Assembly (NCBI GenBank): GCA_963741955.1
Contig: CAVUKB010000007.1
Location: 312,558-376,557, forward strand
Source of the DNA: an uncultured Acidobacteriota bacterium
GTDB taxonomy: Bacteria > Acidobacteriota > Thermoanaerobaculia > Gp7-AA8
DNA: 64,000 nucleotides
Direction of reading: 5' to 3'
In this document: positions 58,840-64,000 of the stretch, in pieces
Numbering within the stretch: position 1 is the first letter of the stretch
How the letters are laid out: each line of letters begins with the position of its first letter
Notes under the pieces: model-generated
Databases searched by the model: none
What the model was told of the DNA's origin: nothing
What the model saw: only the letters and a program-made list of their open reading frames with translations
Translations under genes and position numbers: made by a program

Positions 58840-61002
58840 CTACTTGGCTTCGGTGTTTCTTTCCCCCCTCCCCCGCAAAGGCGAAGCATCGGGGATTGGC
58901 TCGCCCCAGATGTAGTGGCTGAACCAGTCGAGGTTCGTCTGCAGTACCGCGAGGTTCGACTTCGGTTTCGTGATCGGATGCCCGAAGCCGGGATAGACCA
59001 CCATCGTCACCGGCACCTTCTCGTCGCGGAGACCGCGATAGAGCTCATACCCGTTCGGGATCGGGACGCGCGCGTCGTTTCCTCCGTGCTGGATCAAAGT
59101 CGGCGTGCTCGCGTTCCTGATGGTCGTGATCGGCGACGTCTTCGCGTAGATCTCCGGATCGTCCCACGGCGTCGCGTGGAGGTACTGACGGGTGAATGGG
59201 GTGATGTCGGTGTTGACGTAGTACGTCATCCAGTCGCTGATCCCCGCTCCGACGGAGATGGCCTCGAAGCGATTCGTGTTCGTCGTGAGGAACGCCGAGA
59301 TGTATCCTCCTTCGCTCCATCCCATCGATCCGAGCCGCTTCGGGTCGACCATCCCGCGGTCGATCAGCGCGTCCACGCCGCTCATCACGTCCCACATGTC
59401 GCCGACGCCGAGATTCCGAACGTTGAGCGCGCGGAAGGCGGAGCCGTAGCCGGCGCTTCCGCGGTAGTTGGGCTCGAGCACCAGCGCTCCCTTCGCCAGG
59501 AATTGCTCGATCGGGTAGTAGTGGCTCCGCGCCGCCGGGAGCGGGAGCGAGATGCCGGTCGGGCCGCCGTGGATCACGACGAGGAGCGGATACTTTCGAT
59601 GAGGATCGAAGTCGGCCGGCTTGTGCAGGACCCCTTCGATCATCGCGCCGTCGCGGCTCTTCCAGGAGACGACCTCCGTCGTGCCGAGGGTCCATCCTTT
59701 CACCTGTGAGGTCATATCGGTGAGTGGTGCGGGACGAAACGGGGAGAGCGCGGAGACGTAGATCTCCGTGAGGTGCGTCGCATCGGGGGCGGCGTACGCC
59801 AGCGTGCGCCCGTCGGGGGTGAACGACGCGGCGCGTACCACGAGCTGGTCCGGCTCAGTGAGCCGGCTGATCTCGCGCGTCGATGGTTCGATGCGGAAGA
59901 GATGACTGGTGGTCTTCTGGAGCGCGATGAAGTGGATCCCGCCGGCATCCCAGTCGATGGGACTCGCATCCTCGTCGAACGAGGCAGTGAGGTCTTCGAC
60001 GTCGGAGGGCGAGCTCGCTTCGTGCTGGAGGACCTTCGCGAGCTTCACCGCCGCGATGTGCTGATTGGTGTAGAAGTAATACGCCGCTCCGAGGGAAGTG
60101 TTGAACGCGAGGCTTGTTCCGTCGGGAGAGAAGAGCGGATTTCCGTCCGGACCGGGAAGGGCGACGATGCGCCGGACGGCGTTCTTCCGGGTGAGATCGA
60201 CGAGGTAGATGTCCGACTCGCCGCCGTGCGCGAGGAGCGGATCGGGGGTCGCATCGAAGGCGATGGCATGGCCGTCCGGCGACCAGTCGATGCTCTCGAC
60301 GTTGAGGGCGGGATCGCCGGTCACCTGCTGCGCTTCGACCGGCAGCTGCCTCTTCTCCGCGGTGGCGACGTCGACGGTCCAGATCTGGTTCTGTTCGAAG
60401 TCGCGCTCGACGACCTGATACTTGCTGTACGTCTTCTCGCGCGTCTTCGCCGCTTTCGACTCCGGCTCGGGGGCGAGGAAGGCGATCGCCTTGCCGTCGC
60501 GGGACCAGACGAAGTCGGAGATCCTCGAAGAGTGTTTCGTGAGCATCCACGCCTCACCACCGGTGGGTGAGATGAGCCAGATCTGTCGCGCCTCCGGCTT
60601 GCCGTCGTGCCCCGGCTCTTTCTCCTTCTCTTCCTTTGACTCGTCGGCATCAGGTTTCTTCGGTTCGACTGCACCGGACTCCCGTTCGGTCATGAACGCG
60701 ATCCAGCGTCCGTCCGGTGACCATCGGGCGTGCTCGGCCGATTTCTTCCCCCGGGTGAGCTGAAAGTTCTTTGTCCCCGCCGCGTCGGCGAGCCACAGCT
60801 GATCGACGTAGGCGTTCTCCTTCCAGTCGGTCTGCTGGCGTTGGTAGACGACCCAGTGGCCGTCAGGAGAGATCTCGGGGCGGCTGACGGATTCCAGGTT
60901 CAATCCTTCGACCAGGGTAGGGACCGCGGCGCTGAGGGGAAGCGACGCCGCGGGAAGAAGAACGGCCAGAAGGGCGACGAGGGGGATCAGTGAGACTCTC
61001 AT
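58840..61002 (-). CDS. S9 family serine peptidase with N-terminal beta-propeller, secreted (second copy in window)
   Basis: ATG verified at 61000-61002 with GGAGGAG upstream. Signal peptide. Propeller repeats (ISPDGHWVVY, WSPDGRWIAF, FSPDGTSLAF). GWSEGGYI catalytic Ser. Confidence 0.85.
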   Translation of the reverse strand: MRVSLIPLVALLAVLLPAASLPLSAAVPTLVEGLNLESVSRPEISPDGHWVVYQRQQTDWKENAYVDQLWLADAAGTKNFQLTRGKKSAEHARWSPDGRWIAFMTERESGAVEPKKPDADESKEEKEKEPGHDGKPEARQIWLISPTGGEAWMLTKHSSRISDFVWSRDGKAIAFLAPEPESKAAKTREKTYSKYQVVERDFEQNQIWTVDVATAEKRQLPVEAQQVTGDPALNVESIDWSPDGHAIAFDATPDPLLAHGGESDIYLVDLTRKNAVRRIVALPGPDGNPLFSPDGTSLAFNTSLGAAYYFYTNQHIAAVKLAKVLQHEASSPSDVEDLTASFDEDASPIDWDAGGIHFIALQKTTSHLFRIEPSTREISRLTEPDQLVVRAASFTPDGRTLAYAAPDATHLTEIYVSALSPFRPAPLTDMTSQVKGWTLGTTEVVSWKSRDGAMIEGVLHKPADFDPHRKYPLLVVIHGGPTGISLPLPAARSHYYPIEQFLAKGALVLEPNYRGSAGYGSAFRALNVRNLGVGDMWDVMSGVDALIDRGMVDPKRLGSMGWSEGGYISAFLTTNTNRFEAISVGAGISDWMTYYVNTDITPFTRQYLHATPWDDPEIYAKTSPITTIRNASTPTLIQHGGNDARVPIPNGYELYRGLRDEKVPVTMVVYPGFGHPITKPKSNLAVLQTNLDWFSHYIWGEPIPDASPLRGRGERNTEAK

Positions 61003-61178
61003 AGTGGCTCTCCTCCGATACGCGTAACAGCATATCCCCGCGATGTACCGAATGCCGATCGTGACGGATCGTCACCTGCAACGTCACTGGTTCCGCAGGT
61101 CGTGGGCCCGGCGGATGCGATCCGGGACGAAGCATCCGTGCGGGCCGCTTTTCGATACACTGCAACACCGGTCCGATC

Positions 61179-63953
61179 ATGAAACCGCGTCTCGCCGTCG
61201 GAATTCTCCTCGTCCTCATCGCATGGCAAGTCCTCGCGACGGAACCCGCCGGCGCGCGTGTGCCGTACGACATGACCGTGGTGGCGGAGGCGCCGCATCC
61301 CACCCTGAAGACTTTGCAGGGCATCGAAGTCCCGCTCCGTCTGCGCAATGACGGCGCGATTCCGTGGACGCCGGAGAAGCATTTCTTCGTCGCGTACCAC
61401 TGGTATTCGCCGACTGGTTCCGTCGTCGCCTGGGACGGGCTGCGAACGCCGCTCCCGCACGAGGTGCGTCCGGGAGAGGAGATCGAGTTGAAGGCCCGGC
61501 TCGAGACACCACGCGCTCCGGGCCCGTATCTCCTCCAATGGGATGTCGTCCAGGAGTCGGTCACCTGGATCTCGGAGAAGGATCCGACGCCTCCGCGGCA
61601 GGTGCGGGTCACGGTGACATACGCTCCGGTTTCCCACTCCTTCAGAATTCTTCGGGCGAGAACGCCGTGGTTCGCATGGGCGGGACAGGAGCGGACGATA
61701 CCGATCACCGTTCGGAACGACGGCACGGCCGCCTGGTCTCCTGGTGCCGGTTTTCACTTTGCGTATCACTGGAACCACGAAGATCCTGCGAAACGGATTT
61801 TCGATGGAGAAAGGAGCGCGCTTCCGGGAGTGGTGAAGCCCGGGGCGACGGTGGTCGTCGCGGCGCGACTTCGTGCGCCGCGGTTGGCCGGTCTGTACGC
61901 GCTCCAGTGGGACATGGTTCAGGAGAACGTGACGTGGTTCTCGAATCGGGATCCGGCTCCGAAGCCGTTCCACACGGTTCTCGTCCTTCCGATGCCACTG
62001 ACCCGCGTGCGTGATGCGACGGTGGTCGCACTTCTCGCTCTCGTTCTGGTGTGCGTCGCGGCAGCACGACCGGACCGGTGGCCGCGGCTCACCGCCGTGG
62101 CGTCGATGGCCGATCTGATCTGCGCCGGCGCGGCCCTTCTCGCAAAGCAGCCGGTGGTGCTCAAAGAGGTTCGATTTCCTTCGGGATGGAGTCTCACTGC
62201 GGTGATGCTCTCGGGAGTCGTCGCCGTTCTGATCGTGTTGAGCTTTCTGCCGGAAAGAATGCGGCCCTGGGCTGCGGTCGGCGTGAACGCCGTCGCGACG
62301 CTCCTCGTCGTCGCGGATCTCGTTCACCTCCGGTTCTTCGGCGACGTGATCTCGGTGAGCGGGATCGGCGGTGCGTCGCAGCTCGGCCAGGTCGTGGAGA
62401 GTATCCGCACTCTGCTGCGTCCACGCGACCTGTGGCTCGTCGCGGATCTCCTCCCGGCGGGACTCGTTGCATATCGGATGCGGGCTCTCCCGCGCGGAAG
62501 CGTGCGCCTGAAGCGCCTCGTCGCGCTCGTCCTCGCGCCGGCGCTCGTGCCGGGGCTTCTGATGGCGTGGCAGATCGGCCACGCGACCAGCGGGGAGTTC
62601 GTCCAGAATTTTCAGAACATCTACCTGGTGCGTGACCTCGGCGTTCTGAATTATCACCTCGAGGATCTGTGGTCTCATGCCAGGGCTACTCTCTTTCAGC
62701 CGGAGCTGACCGACGCGCGCAAGAAGGAGATCGCACGATGGTTCGCGGCAACCGAAGCACGCCGCGCCGGCACCGGTCCATGGTTCGGGGTCGCCCGTGG
62801 AGAAAACCTCCTGATGCTGCAGGTCGAGTCGATGCAGGGGTTCGTGATCGGGATGCGGGTGAACGGTCAGGAGATCACACCGAATCTCAACCGCTGGAGG
62901 GAAGAGGCGCTCTGGTTCTCCCACTGCAGCGATCAGACTGCGCAGGGGAGAACCTCCGACGGTGAGCTCACCACGCAGGTCTCGCTCCTCCCTCTCTCCG
63001 CCGGAGCGGCGGCTTTCCGCTATGGCGGGAATCACTACGACGCGGTCGCGGGAATCCTTCGTGACGAGGGGTATCAGACGCTCGCAGCGGTTCCGTTCGA
63101 CGGTGCCTTCTGGAATCGCCTGGTCACTCATCCGGAGTACGGGTACGACACGAATCTCTACGGCAAAGCGTTCAAAGAGGGGATTCGGGTCGGATGGGGA
63201 GTGAACGACCGCGACTTTCTCCGCCAGATGGTGCCGAAGCTCACAGCACTCCACCAACCATTCTGCGCATTTCTGATCACCCTTTCGAATCACCATCCTT
63301 ACGAGAACTTTCCCGACGCCTTGAAGGAGCTCGATCTGGGGAAACTCGAAGGAACTTCGTTCGGCAACTACCTTCACGGAATGCATTTCTTCGACCAGGC
63401 CTTCGGCGAGTTTCTCCGCGAGCTCGAGAAGACGGGCCTCCTCCGGCGGACGGTGATCGCAGTCTGGGGCGACCACGAAGCGGGCTTCGAGTGGAATGAC
63501 GGATTTGCGCGTGCGATCGGTCGCCAGCCGTCGGAGATCGACTATTACGCGGCACGTCAGGTGCCGCTTCTGATCAGGGTTCCCGGCGCAACCGGCGTGC
63601 TTCACGGCGAGCGTTCGATGAGATCCGGACATCTGGACGTCGGGCCGACCGTGCTCGCGCTTCTCGGCGTCGATCCCGCGAAGCACGCGATGCTCGGAAG
63701 GAATCTGCTCGGAGAGCCGAGCGGGCCGGTCGTCATCCAGTACGGAGCCTGGCTGGATGACCGGAAGCTCTATCTTCCGGACGGCCCGTCGTTCGAGGAT
63801 GGCCGTTGCTTCGATCTCGGAACGCGAAGCCAGCTGCCGCTCGAGGAGTGTCGAGATGAGGACCGTTTCGCGCGGAGCGAGATGGAAATCTCACGAGACG
63901 TGATCGTGCACGATCTGAGGCTTCCCCTGGAGAAGGCGCTCGCGGCTCACTGA
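61179..63953 (+). CDS. LTA-synthase/sulfatase-family (phosphoglycerol/phosphoethanolamine transferase-like) membrane protein with a duplicated ~150-aa N-terminal extracytoplasmic domain
   Basis: ATG verified at 61179. Signal peptide. Two homologous N-terminal modules (...HFFVAYHWYSP...LQWDVVQESVTWISEKDPTPP / ...GFHFAYHWNHED...LQWDMVQENVTWFSNRDPAPKP). Five or more TM helices. C-terminal sulfatase/LtaS-like domain (MLQVESMQGF..., SNHHPYE). Confidence 0.7.
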   Translation: MKPRLAVGILLVLIAWQVLATEPAGARVPYDMTVVAEAPHPTLKTLQGIEVPLRLRNDGAIPWTPEKHFFVAYHWYSPTGSVVAWDGLRTPLPHEVRPGEEIELKARLETPRAPGPYLLQWDVVQESVTWISEKDPTPPRQVRVTVTYAPVSHSFRILRARTPWFAWAGQERTIPITVRNDGTAAWSPGAGFHFAYHWNHEDPAKRIFDGERSALPGVVKPGATVVVAARLRAPRLAGLYALQWDMVQENVTWFSNRDPAPKPFHTVLVLPMPLTRVRDATVVALLALVLVCVAAARPDRWPRLTAVASMADLICAGAALLAKQPVVLKEVRFPSGWSLTAVMLSGVVAVLIVLSFLPERMRPWAAVGVNAVATLLVVADLVHLRFFGDVISVSGIGGASQLGQVVESIRTLLRPRDLWLVADLLPAGLVAYRMRALPRGSVRLKRLVALVLAPALVPGLLMAWQIGHATSGEFVQNFQNIYLVRDLGVLNYHLEDLWSHARATLFQPELTDARKKEIARWFAATEARRAGTGPWFGVARGENLLMLQVESMQGFVIGMRVNGQEITPNLNRWREEALWFSHCSDQTAQGRTSDGELTTQVSLLPLSAGAAAFRYGGNHYDAVAGILRDEGYQTLAAVPFDGAFWNRLVTHPEYGYDTNLYGKAFKEGIRVGWGVNDRDFLRQMVPKLTALHQPFCAFLITLSNHHPYENFPDALKELDLGKLEGTSFGNYLHGMHFFDQAFGEFLRELEKTGLLRRTVIAVWGDHEAGFEWNDGFARAIGRQPSEIDYYAARQVPLLIRVPGATGVLHGERSMRSGHLDVGPTVLALLGVDPAKHAMLGRNLLGEPSGPVVIQYGAWLDDRKLYLPDGPSFEDGRCFDLGTRSQLPLEECRDEDRFARSEMEISRDVIVHDLRLPLEKALAAH

Positions 63954-64000
63954 CGGGTGCGTCCCTCTCGACGAAATCCCGCGAATGGTGCCCGAGGAGC

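Noticed and set aside
60999-63686. 895-aa antisense ORF opposite the LtaS-like gene, and similar (33578..34432 +, 46097..47089 +, 49436..50527 +, 55761..57176 +)
   Set aside because: Same GC-bias artefact. The opposite strand encodes proteins with recognisable families in each case.
1-64000. tRNA/rRNA genes
   Set aside because: No cloverleaf-compatible segments (GTTCGAATC-type T-arm with matching acceptor stem) or rRNA-like conserved blocks were found on reading the intergenic regions.

Overview
This is a 64 kb, high-GC (~67%) chromosomal segment. Its gene content looks Acidobacteriota-like: CarboxypepD_reg/TonB-dependent receptor, two S9 peptidases, TPR proteins, a STAND Ser/Thr kinase and the large NAD-glutamate dehydrogenase. 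I support about 38 protein-coding genes on both strands, in mostly housekeeping or scavenging contexts, including a CDF efflux pump, a GGDEF cyclase, two GH15-type hydrolases, RsgA, an M23 peptidase, a D-aminoacylase, an APC permease, a class-A beta-lactamase-like hydrolase, a sulfatase-TPR protein, AnsA, a GT4/DUF374 operon, Hsp20, an OmpA-like lipoprotein, NAD-GDH, ProC, an ABC exporter and an LtaS-like protein. No tRNA/rRNA genes and no CRISPR array were found. The most unusual feature is a single uninterrupted 7.2 kb ORF (7956..15182) that joins a complete TamB/AsmA-like module to a complete BamA/TamA-like Omp85 module through a Pro/Ala-rich linker, with no signal peptide for the barrel half. 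Other points of interest: two different long-unit intergenic tandem arrays (3 x ~228 bp at 17918..18640; ~9 x ~200-240 bp with paired 11-bp GC hairpins at 35650..37470); an IS1634-family insertion (21551..23612) wedged between two convergent genes and supplying both stop codons; a DUF4160/DUF2442 two-gene cassette bracketed by ~107-nt direct repeats; and a ~300-bp AT-rich MITE-like element with ~45-bp terminal inverted repeats (15183..15490). The ORF track uses GTG/TTG as 'M' in several places, so I re-derived starts from the nucleotides where I could. Many long antisense ORFs are GC-bias artefacts.
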